Assembly: GCF_041650655.1 (NCBI RefSeq)
Contig: NZ_JBAZKR010000041.1
Coordinates: 1-24,000, forward strand
Direction of reading: 5' to 3'
Source: Zavarzinia sp.
GTDB lineage: Bacteria; Pseudomonadota; Alphaproteobacteria; Zavarziniales; Zavarziniaceae
Length of the DNA stretch: 24,000 nucleotides
Of this stretch, positions 1 to 13,795 are shown in pieces. Positions within the stretch are counted from its first letter, which is position 1, and the number at the start of each line of letters is the position of its first letter. A program made the translations under genes and the position numbers. The notes beneath the pieces were generated by a model, which saw only the letters and a list, made by a program, of their open reading frames with translations, did no database searches and had not been told where the DNA came from.

Positions 1-1
1 G

Positions 2-1498
2 ACGACTCAGGTCGACGACTATCTGGCCGAACATCCGACCACGCCGTCCGACCAGCTCTATATGATCGGTCCCGCCTACAACGACTATTACGCCTACCAC
101 CAGCGTGACCCCTCGGTTCCCGCCGAGAACCAGGAAGCGATGATGGAAAGGCTCTATGCCGCCGGCGCCCGCGATTTCGCCATCTTCGCCTATGGCGGCG
201 AGAGCGACTTCGGCAGCGCCTATTCGAAGGAGATCGTGGAGCGTTCCAACCGCTTCCAGCGGGAGCACCCGGGTTCCAAGGTCTATGTCGTCGATTTCGA
301 CCGCGGCATCGCCGAAGTGAAGCGCAACCCCGAGAAATACGGCTTCAGCGACAATTTCACGCCGTGCTGGTCTGACGGCCTCTATCTCGACGCCTGCCCG
401 GACGACCGCCTCTATTACGACAGCGTGCACCCGACCAGGACCGGGCACCAGCTCGTCGCCGACTTCTATTACGCCACCATCGCCTCGGGCTATCAGGGGC
501 CGCGCGAGATCGCGCGCCTGCCGGAAATGGCGCGGCTCGCCAGCATGGGGCCGGCGGGGGACATTGCGGGCCGCATCGTCGAACGCCGCCTGGGCGGCAT
601 CTTCGACGGCGGTGCGACTCCGGGCGCCGCCTCGGGCAGCACGATCGGCGGCCTCGGCCCGATTCAGCTCTGGGTTCGCAGCGGCATCGGCTTCGGCTCG
701 CGCGATGGCAATGATGTCGCCCAGGATTACAGCTACAGCAGCGAGCATCTGGTGGCCGGTGCCGACGTCGCGCTGACATCGCAGGTCCTGGTCGGCCTCG
801 CCGCCGGTCTCTCGGCCCTGCAGGGCGATTACGAGGGTGTCGGCGGCACGGTCAATCTCTACAGCTACGCCCTGGCCGCTTATGCCGCCTTGGCGGAGGG
901 GCCGCTCACCCTGGCGGCGCAGGTCGGCTATGCCCTCGACCGCTACCGCGATCTCGACCGCGCGACAGGTATGCCAGAGAACCCGACCGCGACCGGCAGC
1001 CCGGACGGCAATACACTCTACGCCCGGCTCTCGGCCGCGGCCGAAGTCGTGCTCGATACCGTCACCCTGGTGCCGCAGGTGGCGCTCACCTATGCCGCCT
1101 CCCATGTCGACGGATTCCAGGAGAGCGGTTCGGTGCTGTTCGATTTCACCGTGGCGGATCAGGACGTGACCTCGCTCCGCAGCGAGATCGGCGTCGGCCT
1201 CCGTCACGTCTTCGACAGTGCCCTGCTCGGCCCGATCCAGGCCGAGGCCGGCCTCGCCTGGGAGCATGAATTTGCCGATGGCGACCGCGAGGTTCTGGGC
1301 GTCTTTCCGAACGGTTCGGAGCAATTCGTGCAGAGCCGTTTCGAAAAGGCTGATGCGGCGAAATTGAGCCTGGGGATGCGTTTCGCCGTCGATTCGATCT
1401 CGACCGGGGCGACGCTGCGCCTGACCTATGACGGACGCCTCGGCAGTGACGGCGACGACCACCTGGTCGCGGCGGCCCTGCTCGTCCCGCTCGGCTGA
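2..1498 (+). CDS. SGNH/GDSL lipase/esterase fused to an autotransporter beta-barrel (EstA-like); 5' end lies outside the window
   Basis: The frame is open from nt 2 (no stop before the Met at 62), so the gene continues upstream. 'YYDSVHPTRTGHQL' matches SGNH/GDSL block V (DxxH). The C-terminal ~270 aa are Gly/Ala/Ser/Tyr-rich with the alternating pattern of an autotransporter beta-domain. Confidence 0.75.
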   Translation, partial: TTQVDDYLAEHPTTPSDQLYMIGPAYNDYYAYHQRDPSVPAENQEAMMERLYAAGARDFAIFAYGGESDFGSAYSKEIVERSNRFQREHPGSKVYVVDFDRGIAEVKRNPEKYGFSDNFTPCWSDGLYLDACPDDRLYYDSVHPTRTGHQLVADFYYATIASGYQGPREIARLPEMARLASMGPAGDIAGRIVERRLGGIFDGGATPGAASGSTIGGLGPIQLWVRSGIGFGSRDGNDVAQDYSYSSEHLVAGADVALTSQVLVGLAAGLSALQGDYEGVGGTVNLYSYALAAYAALAEGPLTLAAQVGYALDRYRDLDRATGMPENPTATGSPDGNTLYARLSAAAEVVLDTVTLVPQVALTYAASHVDGFQESGSVLFDFTVADQDVTSLRSEIGVGLRHVFDSALLGPIQAEAGLAWEHEFADGDREVLGVFPNGSEQFVQSRFEKADAAKLSLGMRFAVDSISTGATLRLTYDGRLGSDGDDHLVAAALLVPLG

Positions 1499-1623
1499 TG
1501 AGGCGCGATTGCATCGAGGTTGGCGCGCCGCGGCGGCTGGTGTAGCGTGGCGCCGATCCTCGGGCCGGTGCCGCCTGTGCATGCCCGATTCTTGCTGTTC
1601 GATTGCCGGAGGCAGTGACGCTC

Positions 1624-2463
1624 GTGTCGCCCATTGGTTTCCTTGCGCGCCTACGTTTCGCGGCCATGGCCGTCGTCGTCGCCACCCTCGCCGCCTGCTC
1701 CTCCGATCGCGAGCCGGAACCCTATGTCGAAAAGCCGGTCGAACCGCTTTACAACGAAGCGGCCGATGCGCTGTCGAAAGAGAAATACAACAAGGCGGCC
1801 GACCTCTTCCTCGAGGTCGAACGCCAGCATCCCTATTCGATCTGGGCCACCAAGGCCCAGTTGATGGCCGCCTACGCCTATTACCAGGCGGAGAAATATC
1901 CCGACGCCATCGATACGGCGAAGCGCTTCATCGAGCTGCATCCCGGCAACAAGGATGCGGAATATGCCTATTACCTGATCGCCATCTGCTACTACGAGCA
2001 GATCGTCGACGTCGGCCGCGACCAGAAGAACACGGAAGAGGCGCTGAAGGCGCTGAGCGAAGTGGTGCGCCGCGCGCCGGGCACCGACTATGCCCGCGAC
2101 GCCCGCCTGAAGCTCGACCTGACGCGCGACCACCTGGCCGGCAAGGAAATGGAAGTCGGCCGCTACTACCAGAAGCGCAAGCAGTATCTGGCCGCGATCA
2201 ACCGCTATCGCGCGGTGATCGAGCAGTATCAGACCACCAGCCACATTCCCGAGGCACTGGATCGCCTGGTCGAATGCTATCTGTCGCTGGGCCTGACCCA
2301 CGAGGCTCAGGTGGCGGGCTCCGTGCTCGGTTACAACTACCCGGGCAGCAAGTGGTACGAAGACGCCTATGCCCTGCTGACCGATGCCAACTTGCGCCCG
2401 GTCGCCGACGACCGGTCGTGGATCACCCGCGCCTTCGACAAGACGCTGGACACCCTGTTCTGA
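1624..2463 (+). CDS. bamD: Outer membrane protein assembly factor BamD (YfiO-type TPR lipoprotein)
   Basis: Lipobox 'TLAAC|SS' after a hydrophobic leader. TPR-like helices ('EKYNKAADLFLEVERQHPYS', 'AEYAYYLIAICYYEQ', 'YLAAINRYRAVIEQY'). Lies directly upstream of recN. Start is ambiguous: TTG 1603, GTG 1624 (GGAGG 11 nt upstream) or ATG 1666. Confidence 0.85.
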   Translation: MSPIGFLARLRFAAMAVVVATLAACSSDREPEPYVEKPVEPLYNEAADALSKEKYNKAADLFLEVERQHPYSIWATKAQLMAAYAYYQAEKYPDAIDTAKRFIELHPGNKDAEYAYYLIAICYYEQIVDVGRDQKNTEEALKALSEVVRRAPGTDYARDARLKLDLTRDHLAGKEMEVGRYYQKRKQYLAAINRYRAVIEQYQTTSHIPEALDRLVECYLSLGLTHEAQVAGSVLGYNYPGSKWYEDAYALLTDANLRPVADDRSWITRAFDKTLDTLF

Positions 2464-6219
<3,756 letters not shown>

Positions 6220-6222
6220 CGA

Positions 6223-6822
6223 TCAGCCGTCGTGGCCGCTGCCGGTGCCGAGCAGGACGCCGGGGATGCCGGCGCTGCCCCAGCGGTAGACCGGATGCAG
6301 CATGACCGCGGCGCGGAGCTGGGTCCAGGCCGCGGCATCGACCGCGGGCACCGGCGTCCGCCCGGCCTGATAGGCGGCCAGCAGGGCGTCGGCGACCCCG
6401 CCGGCCGTGACATGGGGCTCGGCATTCCAGCGCGGGTGGCGCAGCCCGGTCATCCGGAAATAGAGGGCATCGACGACATAGGCCGCCGCCTCGTCCTCGT
6501 TGTCGGTCACCTGGGTCTTGGTGACGTCGAACAGGGCGTGGGTGCATTCGTGCAGCAGCAGGCCCTGTTCGGTTCGGCCCAGCAGCGGGGCGACCAGCAG
6601 GGTGTTCGGCGTGCCCGACTGATATTGCCCGCCGACCCCGGGCGGGAAGGTGGTGGTGATCTGGAGCCGGACGGTGCCCGCCTCGATCGCCCGGGCGACC
6701 CGGTGGAATGACGCCGGGGCGATGGTGACCGTGCCCTTGCCTTGCAGGAAGGGGAAGGTGAAGCGAATCCTGGAGACCACCTGCCCGCGGAGCAGGGCCA
6801 GCACATCGTCGCGCGCAGACAT
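6223..6822 (-). CDS. Hypothetical cytoplasmic protein with an HExxH zincin-type motif (family not recognised)
   Basis: 'LLLHECTHALFD' contains HExxH, followed by the acidic stretch 'DNEDEAAAY' (a possible third ligand). ATG at 6822 is preceded by GGAGGA 10 nt upstream. The longer ORF to 7002 has a noncoding-looking N-terminus. The opposite-strand ORF 6232-6711 is Gly/Arg/Asp-rich shadow. Confidence 0.6.
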   Translation of the reverse strand: MSARDDVLALLRGQVVSRIRFTFPFLQGKGTVTIAPASFHRVARAIEAGTVRLQITTTFPPGVGGQYQSGTPNTLLVAPLLGRTEQGLLLHECTHALFDVTKTQVTDNEDEAAAYVVDALYFRMTGLRHPRWNAEPHVTAGGVADALLAAYQAGRTPVPAVDAAAWTQLRAAVMLHPVYRWGSAGIPGVLLGTGSGHDG

Positions 6823-7053
6823 GACGGCATGATCCTCCGGCCGAACGGATTGACCGCTCTCGTCCCGGCGGATCGGCGAGGTCGCTCGGCAGACGCCCCA
6901 CCCCGGCGTTGACGACAGATTCATTCTCGGATCGCGGCGGCGGCCCTCGGTCGGCCGGCACCCGAAGCCATGAAACGCCTCGATCGCGGCGCCGTAAAGC
7001 ACAATCGGATGATGATTCTGATTACGCCTGGGTTGTGCCCCGGGGCGGGGGCG

Positions 7054-7587
7054 TCAAGGCAGGGCGTCGTTGTAGCGCAGGGCATCCCACCAGAAGCGGA
7101 TTTCCCGGATCGGTGCGCTGTCGCTGCCGGGGCGCTGCGGCCGGTGGTCTTCGCCAGCCAGCCAATCGTCGAGATTCCGGCCGCAGAGGACGATGTCGGT
7201 CTGATGGACCGAGAGGACCGGATTACCGGCCAGACAGGGCTCGGCCGGCAGGCAGCGGTGGCCGAACAGCGGGATCAGGCGCGGGGCGGTGTCGAAGGCG
7301 CATCGCAGGGCCGTGTGGCGACCCTCCGGTGTTTCGGGGCGGTCGCCCCATTCGGGCCACCAGACGCCATTGTGCTTGACGTCGAACAGGAAGGACTCGA
7401 ACGGCCAGTCCAGGCGGGCCTGGATCGCGTCGGGCGGGCTCATGAGCCAGTTGAACGAGCCCTGGCCGCGCAGCAGGGGCCGCCTCTCGTGGAGAAGCTC
7501 GGTCAGGTCCGGCGGGAATGGCAGGTTCCAGCGTGCCTGGATCTGGTCCGGTTCGGTGATGGTGTATCCCCCACTCGCCGACGCCAT
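7054..7587 (-). CDS. SMI1/KNR4 (SUKH superfamily)-like protein
   Basis: N-terminal 'IQARWNLPFPPDLTELL', then 'FDVKHNGVWWPEWGDRPETPE' and 'LIPLFGHRCLPAEP..GNPVLSVHQTDIVLCGRNLDDWL'. This resembles proteins I recall being annotated SMI1/KNR4. Assignment is by recalled pattern, not a search. AGGGG lies ~6 nt upstream of the ATG. Confidence 0.55.
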   Translation of the reverse strand: MASASGGYTITEPDQIQARWNLPFPPDLTELLHERRPLLRGQGSFNWLMSPPDAIQARLDWPFESFLFDVKHNGVWWPEWGDRPETPEGRHTALRCAFDTAPRLIPLFGHRCLPAEPCLAGNPVLSVHQTDIVLCGRNLDDWLAGEDHRPQRPGSDSAPIREIRFWWDALRYNDALP

Positions 7588-7651
7588 GATCGCCCCTGCC
7601 GTACCCCGGTCGCCGATAGTTCTGCGGCTCGGGGGACATCATTCCATTGCC

Positions 7652-8257
7652 ATGAAACCGTCTACCCGGTATGTTTCGGCCATGTCGCTCGCCCATCGCC
7701 GCCCGAAACAGCCCGATCTGGTCCGCCGGCAATTGCTGGATGTGGCGGCCGAGCTCGCGCTCGAGGTCGGGGTGGGCGGTCTCAGGTTGGATGCGGTGGC
7801 GCGGCGGGCCGGGGTTTCCAAGGGCGGGCTGCTGCATCATTTCCCCAGCCGGCAGGCCCTGCTGGAGGCGCTGTGCGGCGCCTATCTGGCCGAGATCGGG
7901 GCGCGCATCGGGGCCGAGATGGCGGCCGATCCGGTCGCCCCCGGGCGCTTCTCGCGCGCCTATCTGACGGTCATGACCGGGGGGGCCGCGAGCGAGCGGG
8001 AGCGGGCCTGGGGCCTGCTCTCCGTCGTGCTCTTCGCCGAGCCAGGGTTTCGCGATCGCTGGGGCGACTGGCTGGCGGCGCGGCTGGCCGAGCACCGGGC
8101 GACGGACGCGGCGCCGCTGCTCGACGTCGTGCGTTTCGCGGCGGACGGCGTCTGGCTCGCCGACATGTGCGGCGAAGCGGTCGATCCGGCGGCGCGGGCG
8201 GCCACCGTGGCCCTGTTGCGCGAGATGACATGCAAGGGCAAGGAGGCTTTGCCGTGA
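7652..8257 (+). CDS. TetR/AcrR family transcriptional regulator
   Basis: N-terminal HTH 'LRLDAVARRAGVSKGGLLHHFPSRQALLEAL' typical of TetR. Divergent from the SUKH-like gene and coupled to the downstream SMR gene. Alternative start ATG 7682. Confidence 0.85.
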   Translation: MKPSTRYVSAMSLAHRRPKQPDLVRRQLLDVAAELALEVGVGGLRLDAVARRAGVSKGGLLHHFPSRQALLEALCGAYLAEIGARIGAEMAADPVAPGRFSRAYLTVMTGGAASERERAWGLLSVVLFAEPGFRDRWGDWLAARLAEHRATDAAPLLDVVRFAADGVWLADMCGEAVDPAARAATVALLREMTCKGKEALP

Positions 8258-8595
8258 CTCTGCTACAGGCTTACGGCGTGCTGATCGTCGCCATCCTGCT
8301 CGAACTGACGGGCACGAGCTGCCTCCAGGCCTCGCAGCAATTCACCCGGGTCTGGCCGACGCTGGGCATGGCGGCGGCCTATGCCGCGTCCTTCTACCTG
8401 CTGTCGCTGGCGCTTCGCGTGCTGCCGATCTCGGTCGCCTATGCCATCTGGTCGGGCGTCGGCATCGTGATGATCGCGGCGGTCGGCTATGTCGTGTTCC
8501 GCCAGAGCCTGGATACGCCGGCCCTGATCGGCATCGGCCTGATCGTCGCCGGCGTCGTCGTGGTCAACGGTTTCTCGGAAACCGTCCGCCACTGA
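8254..8595 (+). CDS. Small multidrug resistance (SMR, EmrE/Qac-like) transporter
   Basis: 113 aa with four hydrophobic helices and a membrane-embedded Glu in TM1 ('VAILLELTGTSCLQ'). 'AYAIWSGVGIV' matches the SMR signature. GTG start overlaps the TetR stop (GTGA), with AAGGAGG 7 nt upstream. Confidence 0.85.
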   Translation: MTLLQAYGVLIVAILLELTGTSCLQASQQFTRVWPTLGMAAAYAASFYLLSLALRVLPISVAYAIWSGVGIVMIAAVGYVVFRQSLDTPALIGIGLIVAGVVVVNGFSETVRH

Positions 8596-8601
8596 GGCGG
8601 C

Positions 8602-9087
8602 TCAGTTCTCGCTGCACACGAAGCAGGTGACGCCGCTCGGGATCAGCTTCGAATCCGGGCTCAGGTTGGCGCGGACCTGGCCGCCTGCCTCGTAGGCGCC
8701 ATTGTCGAAAATCGCCTCGAAGGCCTGTTCTTCCGATCGGCCGTCGGGCGAGACCAGGCGCAGGCGGTAGTTCACCGTGGTGCAGCGCTTGTCGGTCGAG
8801 GTGATCTCGACCAGATAGGCGATGTCGGCGCCGACATTGTCGCGCCGACGGCCCTCGTCGGTCACCCGCACCTGGGCGGTGCAGGCACCCTGGGCGATCG
8901 CACATTCGCACGGGTGGTCGGGCGTGATGCTCTGGCTTGGCGCGGGCTTGGCGTTCGGATAGGTGGTGGCCGGCGCCTGGGGCACGAAGGGCTCTTCCTC
9001 CGCCGGGGTGCCGGCGGCCAGGGCGGTCATGGGGAGCCCGGACGCGGCGAAGGCGGAGAGGGCGAGGCTAAACAGAACGGCGCGCAT
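8602..9087 (-). CDS. Small secreted Cys-rich hypothetical protein
   Basis: Signal peptide 'MRAVLFSLALSAFAASGLPMTALA|AG'. Pro-rich linker, then a ~100-aa domain with 6 Cys (C-E-C, C, C, C-F-V-C). GGGAGA SD upstream of the ATG at 9087. No family recognised. Confidence 0.6.
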   Translation of the reverse strand: MRAVLFSLALSAFAASGLPMTALAAGTPAEEEPFVPQAPATTYPNAKPAPSQSITPDHPCECAIAQGACTAQVRVTDEGRRRDNVGADIAYLVEITSTDKRCTTVNYRLRLVSPDGRSEEQAFEAIFDNGAYEAGGQVRANLSPDSKLIPSGVTCFVCSEN

Positions 9088-9135
9088 CCGAATCTCCCGG
9101 GCAGGCTGGCGGGCGCCGCCATCTTGGCCTGATCC

Positions 9136-9156
9136 GGCCCCCAAGCAAAGGGGGCC
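9136..9156 (-). terminator. GC hairpin just downstream of the secA stop (possible terminator or attenuator; no U-tract)
   Basis: GGCCCCC (9136-9142) and GGGGGCC (9150-9156) form a perfect 7-bp inverted repeat with a 7-nt loop, located between secA and the secreted-protein gene. Confidence 0.3.
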
Positions 9157-9162
9157 GAATCC

Positions 9163-11853
9163 TCAGGCCTCGCCGCTGAGAGCGCCGTGGCAGTGCTTGA
9201 ACTTCTTGCCCGAACCGCAGGGGCAGGGCGCGTTCCGCGCCACCTTGCCCCAGCCGGCGGCCTTGCGCATGTCGTCGGTACTGGGCTTCGGGGCGGGGGC
9301 CGCCTCGTTCTCGCCGGTCAGCGGGTCCTCGTGCACGGGCTCCAGCCCCTCCGGCTCGTCCGGCAGGCTGGGCTGCGGCTGTTCGACGCGCACTTCGACA
9401 TGAGCCAGGATGCGGGTCACGTCTTCCTTGATGCGGTCCAGCATGGCCTCGAACAGGTTGAAGGCTTCCTGCTGGTATTCGCGCAAGGGATCGCGCTGGC
9501 CATAGGCGCGAAGGCCGATCGCTTGGCGCAGGTAGTCGAGCTGGAGCAGATGCTCCTTCCAGCATTGATCGAGGATCTGGAGCAGCATGCTCTTCTCGAT
9601 CATGCGCATCACCGGGGGGCCGAAGCGGGTCGCCTTGGCGGCCATGAAGCGGGCCACCTCGTCCGACAGGCGATGGCGGATCTCTTCTTCGGCGATGCCT
9701 TCCTCGGCCGCCCATTCGACCACCGGCAGCTCGAGGGTGAAGACGCGCAGCACTTCTTCCTTCAGGCCCTGGGCGTTCCAGGCTTCGGAATAGGCGCCGG
9801 CCGGGATATGGGTCGCGACCAGGTTGTTCACGACATGCTCGCGCATGTCGACCACGTCTTCCGAGACGTCTTCGGTGTTCATGAACTCGCGGCGCTGGCC
9901 GTAGATCGACTTGCGCTGCTCGTTCATCACGTCGTCGTAGCGGAGCAGATTCTTGCGGATCTCGAAGTTGCGTTCCTCGACCCGGCGCTGCGCCTTTTCA
10001 AGCGCCTTGTTCACCCAGGGGTGGATGATCGCCTCGCCTTCCTTGAGGCCCAGTCGCTGCAGCGTCTTGCTCAGGAAATCCGAGCCGAAGATGCGCATCA
10101 GGTCGTCTTCGAGGCTCAGGAAGAACTTGGAGCAGCCGGGATCGCCCTGGCGGCCGGCGCGGCCGCGCAGCTGATTGTCGATGCGCCGGCTCTCGTGCCG
10201 CTCGGTGCCGATGATGTAGAGGCCGCCGGCCTTCAGCACCGCTTCCTTGTCGGTCGCGTGCTTGGCCTTCATCGCGGCGATCAGGCTCTCGCGGTCCTCG
10301 CTCTCGGGCAGCTCGTCGATCAGCATCGAGAGATTGCCGCCCATCTGAATGTCGGTGCCGCGGCCCGCCATGTTGGTGGCGATGGTGACGGCGCCCGGCT
10401 GGCCCGCCTGGGCGACGATACCGGCTTCCTGCTCGTGGAAGCGGGCGTTCAGCACGCGGTGCGGGATCTTCTTCTTGGTCAGATAGGCCGAGAGCAGTTC
10501 CGACTTCTCGATCGAGACGGTGCCGACCAGCACGGGCTGGTGGCGGGCGCGGCATTCCTCGATCAAGCCGACGATCGCGTTGAACTTGTCGTTCATGTTC
10601 AGATAGACCTCGTCGTCGAGGTCTTTCCGCTGAACGGGGACATTGGTCGGGATCTCGACCACGTCGAGCTTGTAGATCTCGCCGAATTCGGCCGCTTCCG
10701 TCGCCGCCGTGCCGGTCATGCCCGAGAGTTTCGGGTAGAGGCGGAAATAGTTCTGGAAGGTGATCGAGGCGAGGGTCTGGTTCTCGTTCTGGACGGTGAC
10801 GTGTTCCTTGGCTTCCAGCGCCTGGTGCAGCCCGTCCGAATAGCGCCGGCCGCTCATCATGCGGCCGGTGAATTCGTCGATGATGATGACCTTGTCGTCC
10901 TTCACCACATAGTCGCGGTCGAGCCGGAACAGCACATGGGCGCGCAGCGCCTGCTGCAGGTGGTGGACGATGGTGACGTTCTCGATGTCGTAGAGATTGC
11001 TCGACTTCAGCAGGCCGGCTTCGAGCAGCAGCTTCTCGAACTTCTCCTGGCCCTCTTCCGAGAGCGAGGCGGAGCGCTGCTTCTCGTCCTTCTCGTAGTC
11101 GGCTTCGGTGAGCTGCGGCATCAGGAGGTCGATCCGGCGGTAGAGGTCCGAATTGTCCTCGGTCGGGCCGGAGATGATGAGCGGCGTGCGCGCTTCGTCG
11201 ATCAGGATCGAGTCGACTTCGTCGATGATGGCGAAATGGAAGGGCCGCTGGACCAGGGCGTCCAGCCGGTACTTCATGTTGTCGCGCAGATAGTCGAAGC
11301 CGAATTCGTTGTTGGTGCCATAGGTGATGTCGGCGGCATAGGCGGCGCGGCGTTCCTCGTCCGTCAGGTCGTTGACGATGACGCCGGTGGTCAGCCCCAG
11401 GAAGCCGTAGACCCGGCCCATCCAGCCCGCGTCGCGCTTGGCCAGATAGTCGTTCACGGTGATGACGTGGACGCCCTTGCCTTCGAGGGCGTTCAGATAG
11501 GCCGCCAGGGTGGCGACCAGGGTCTTGCCTTCGCCGGTCCGCATTTCGGCGATCCGGCCCGACTGCAACACCATGCCGCCGATCAACTGGACGTCGAAAT
11601 GGCGCTGGCCCAGGGTCCGCTTGGCTGCTTCGCGCACGGTGGCGAAGGCTTCGACCAGGATGTCGTCCAGGGTCTCGCCCGCGGCGAGCCTTGCCTTCAA
11701 CTTGTCGGTCTGGGCGCGAAGCTCCGCGTCCGAAAGGGCCGCGATGGTCGGCTCCAGGGCATTGATCGCTTCGACCTTGCCGCGGAGCTGCTTGACCACA
11801 CGTTCGTTGGCGCTGCCGAACAGCCGTTTGGCGAGCGAGCCGAAGCCGAGCAT
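9163..11853 (-). CDS. secA: Preprotein translocase ATPase SecA
   Basis: N-terminus '[21 protein letters not shown]'. '[13 protein letters not shown]' Walker A, DEAD-like '[22 protein letters not shown]', and the C-terminal zinc motif '[14 protein letters not shown]'. Confidence 0.98.
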   Translation of the reverse strand: MLGFGSLAKRLFGSANERVVKQLRGKVEAINALEPTIAALSDAELRAQTDKLKARLAAGETLDDILVEAFATVREAAKRTLGQRHFDVQLIGGMVLQSGRIAEMRTGEGKTLVATLAAYLNALEGKGVHVITVNDYLAKRDAGWMGRVYGFLGLTTGVIVNDLTDEERRAAYAADITYGTNNEFGFDYLRDNMKYRLDALVQRPFHFAIIDEVDSILIDEARTPLIISGPTEDNSDLYRRIDLLMPQLTEADYEKDEKQRSASLSEEGQEKFEKLLLEAGLLKSSNLYDIENVTIVHHLQQALRAHVLFRLDRDYVVKDDKVIIIDEFTGRMMSGRRYSDGLHQALEAKEHVTVQNENQTLASITFQNYFRLYPKLSGMTGTAATEAAEFGEIYKLDVVEIPTNVPVQRKDLDDEVYLNMNDKFNAIVGLIEECRARHQPVLVGTVSIEKSELLSAYLTKKKIPHRVLNARFHEQEAGIVAQAGQPGAVTIATNMAGRGTDIQMGGNLSMLIDELPESEDRESLIAAMKAKHATDKEAVLKAGGLYIIGTERHESRRIDNQLRGRAGRQGDPGCSKFFLSLEDDLMRIFGSDFLSKTLQRLGLKEGEAIIHPWVNKALEKAQRRVEERNFEIRKNLLRYDDVMNEQRKSIYGQRREFMNTEDVSEDVVDMREHVVNNLVATHIPAGAYSEAWNAQGLKEEVLRVFTLELPVVEWAAEEGIAEEEIRHRLSDEVARFMAAKATRFGPPVMRMIEKSMLLQILDQCWKEHLLQLDYLRQAIGLRAYGQRDPLREYQQEAFNLFEAMLDRIKEDVTRILAHVEVRVEQPQPSLPDEPEGLEPVHEDPLTGENEAAPAPKPSTDDMRKAAGWGKVARNAPCPCGSGKKFKHCHGALSGEA

Positions 11854-12086
11854 GAAGCAACCTTCTTCTGCCGCATCAGCCGGTTTCGTGGCCTGACGGG
11901 CGCATGAGGTAATGCGGGGCGCCGGCCCCGCCCGAATTCCGTGCCCGCGGGCCCCGAAAAGGCGGCCGCACGAGCATGGGACAGATAAGGCGCCGCCTCC
12001 GCGATGTCAACGAGAGGTGGCCGCATGACCACCCCTCGCGCCCGGCCGTTACTTTTGCCGCAGGCCGGTCGAAGACGCCCGGTCCC

Positions 12087-13661
12087 TCAGTGCCGGAAGT
12101 GGCGCTCGCCCGTGAAGACCATGGCGAGGCCGGCGGCATCGGCGGCGGCGATCACCTCGGCGTCGCGGATCGAGCCACCCGGCTGGGCGACCGCGGTGGC
12201 GCCCGCCTCGACGAGGACGTCGAGCCCGTCGGCGAAGGGGAAGAAGGCATCCGAGGCGGCGACCGAGCCGACCGTCAGCGGTTCTTCCATGCCGGCGGCG
12301 CGGGCCGCGTCCTGCGCCTTGCGGAAGGCGATGCGGGCGGAATCGACCCGGCTCATCTGGCCGGCGCCGATGCCGACGGTGGCGCCGTTCTTCACGAAGA
12401 CGATGGTGTTCGACTTGACGTGCTTGGCCACGATGACGGCGAATTCCATGTCCGCCACTTCCTGGGCGCTCGGCTTCCGGGTGGTCTTCACCTCGAAGCG
12501 CTCGCCCTCGGCGCCCAGCGTGTCGCGGGTCTGGACGAGCAGGGCGCCGGCCAGGGTCTTGGCGACGAGGCCCGGGGCCTTGGGGTCGGGCAGGCCGCCG
12601 GTGACCAGCAGGCGCAGGTTCTTCTTGGCAGCGAGCACGGCCTTGGCGTCGTCGTCGACCGCAGGCGCCACGATCACTTCGGTGAAGATCTGGGCGATCG
12701 CCTCGGCGGTTTCCTTGTCGAGGGTGCGGTTGACCGCGACGATGCCGCCGAAGGCCGAGACCGGATCGCAGAGCAGCGCCTTCTTCCAGGCATCGATCAG
12801 GTTCTCCGCCGTGGCGACGCCGCAAGGATTGGCATGTTTCACGATGACCACGGCGGCGCTCTCGCGCGGGTCGAACTCGGCGACCAGCTCGAAGGCGGCG
12901 TCCGTGTCGTTCAGGTTGTTGTAGGAGAGTTCCTTGCCCTGGAGCTGCTGCGCCGTGGCGACACCCGGGCGCTTCTCGCCCGTCACATAGAGGGCGGCGG
13001 ACTGATGCGGGTTCTCGCCGTAGCGGAGCAGGGCGGCGCGGGTGCCCGACAGGGTCAGGCGTTCCGGGAACGTGTCGTCGAGCTGCTTGGCGAACCAGCC
13101 CGAGATCGCGGAATCATAGGCCGCCGTCCTGGCATAGGCCTTGGCCGCGAGGCGGCGGCGGGTCGCCAGCGAGGTGGCGCCGCCATGGGCCGCGAGATCG
13201 TCCAGCACCGATTTGTAGTCGGCGGGGTCGACCACCACGGTGACATGGTCGTGGTTCTTGGCCGCCGAGCGGATCATGGCCGGGCCGCCGATGTCGATAT
13301 TCTCGATCGTGGTCTCGAAATCGGCGCCGCGCGCCACCGTCGCCTCGAAGGGATAGAGGTTGACGACGACGAGGTCGATATTGCTGATGCCGTGTTCCTG
13401 CATCTGGGCGACATGCTCGGGCAGGTCGCGCCGGCCCAAGAGGCCGCCGTGCACCTTGGGGTGCAGGGTCTTCACACGGCCGTCGAGGATTTCCGGGCTG
13501 CCGGTGTGTTCGGCGACGTCGATCACGCGGAGGCCGGCGTCGCGCAGCGTCTTGGCGGTGCCGCCGGTCGACAGGATCTCGATGCCGCGGTCGGCAAGGG
13601 CGAGGGCGAATTCGACGAGGCCGGTCTTGTCCGAGACCGAAAGAAGCGCGCGGGCGATCAT
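12087..13661 (-). CDS. purH: Bifunctional AICAR formyltransferase / IMP cyclohydrolase PurH
   Basis: '[23 protein letters not shown]', '[14 protein letters not shown]', and C-terminal '[28 protein letters not shown]'. The ATG at 13661 gives the canonical N-terminus. The extension to 13751 was rejected. Confidence 0.97.
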   Translation of the reverse strand: MIARALLSVSDKTGLVEFALALADRGIEILSTGGTAKTLRDAGLRVIDVAEHTGSPEILDGRVKTLHPKVHGGLLGRRDLPEHVAQMQEHGISNIDLVVVNLYPFEATVARGADFETTIENIDIGGPAMIRSAAKNHDHVTVVVDPADYKSVLDDLAAHGGATSLATRRRLAAKAYARTAAYDSAISGWFAKQLDDTFPERLTLSGTRAALLRYGENPHQSAALYVTGEKRPGVATAQQLQGKELSYNNLNDTDAAFELVAEFDPRESAAVVIVKHANPCGVATAENLIDAWKKALLCDPVSAFGGIVAVNRTLDKETAEAIAQIFTEVIVAPAVDDDAKAVLAAKKNLRLLVTGGLPDPKAPGLVAKTLAGALLVQTRDTLGAEGERFEVKTTRKPSAQEVADMEFAVIVAKHVKSNTIVFVKNGATVGIGAGQMSRVDSARIAFRKAQDAARAAGMEEPLTVGSVAASDAFFPFADGLDVLVEAGATAVAQPGGSIRDAEVIAAADAAGLAMVFTGERHFRH

Positions 13662-13795
13662 GCAAATACCTGAAAGGATGTGGGGGAACCCCGGGGCGGG
13701 CACCGCGGGTTCGGGTGCGCTCTCATAGCACCGGGCGCCGGCGCCCGCCACTGCGCCGCTTGCTGCCCGGCCCTTCGTTCGCTTATTGTTCCTGT

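Noticed and set aside
1420-1498. The autotransporter ends in '...LVAAALLVPLG' rather than the usual terminal aromatic beta-signal residue. Is this a frameshift or pseudogene?
   Set aside because: No alternative frame continues the barrel, and the rest of the beta-domain is intact. Without an alignment I cannot tell natural variation from truncation, so no claim is made.
6970-8253. The 541-aa plus-strand ORF 6970-8595, which would fuse a long N-terminal region to the SMR transporter.
   Set aside because: Only the last 113 codons look like a protein (SMR), and they have their own GTG start and AAGGAGG SD at 8254. The upstream part is shadow sequence overlapping the SUKH-like gene (minus strand) and the TetR gene (another frame).
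9187-11907. Very long ORFs antisense to real genes: 9187-11907 (+) opposite secA, 3439-5388 (-) opposite recN/ligA, 11976-13673 (+) opposite purH, 14239-15864 (-) opposite fixL, 21438-23831 (-) opposite SulP, 1651-2601 (-), 2423-4003 (-), and many 60-300-aa ORFs.
   Set aside because: Their products are Arg/Gly/Asp/Pro/His-rich low-complexity strings with no recognisable motifs. The opposite strand encodes unmistakable conserved proteins. Stop-poor antisense frames are expected in very GC-rich DNA.
13662-13795. Possible ZTP (pfl) riboswitch upstream of purH, a common location for that riboswitch.
   Set aside because: The purH leader on the minus strand is short. It lacks the recalled conserved ZTP elements (GGGUCG...GACUGGCG and CCGCCUGGGC). 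The space is shared with the divergent nuclease-gene promoter.
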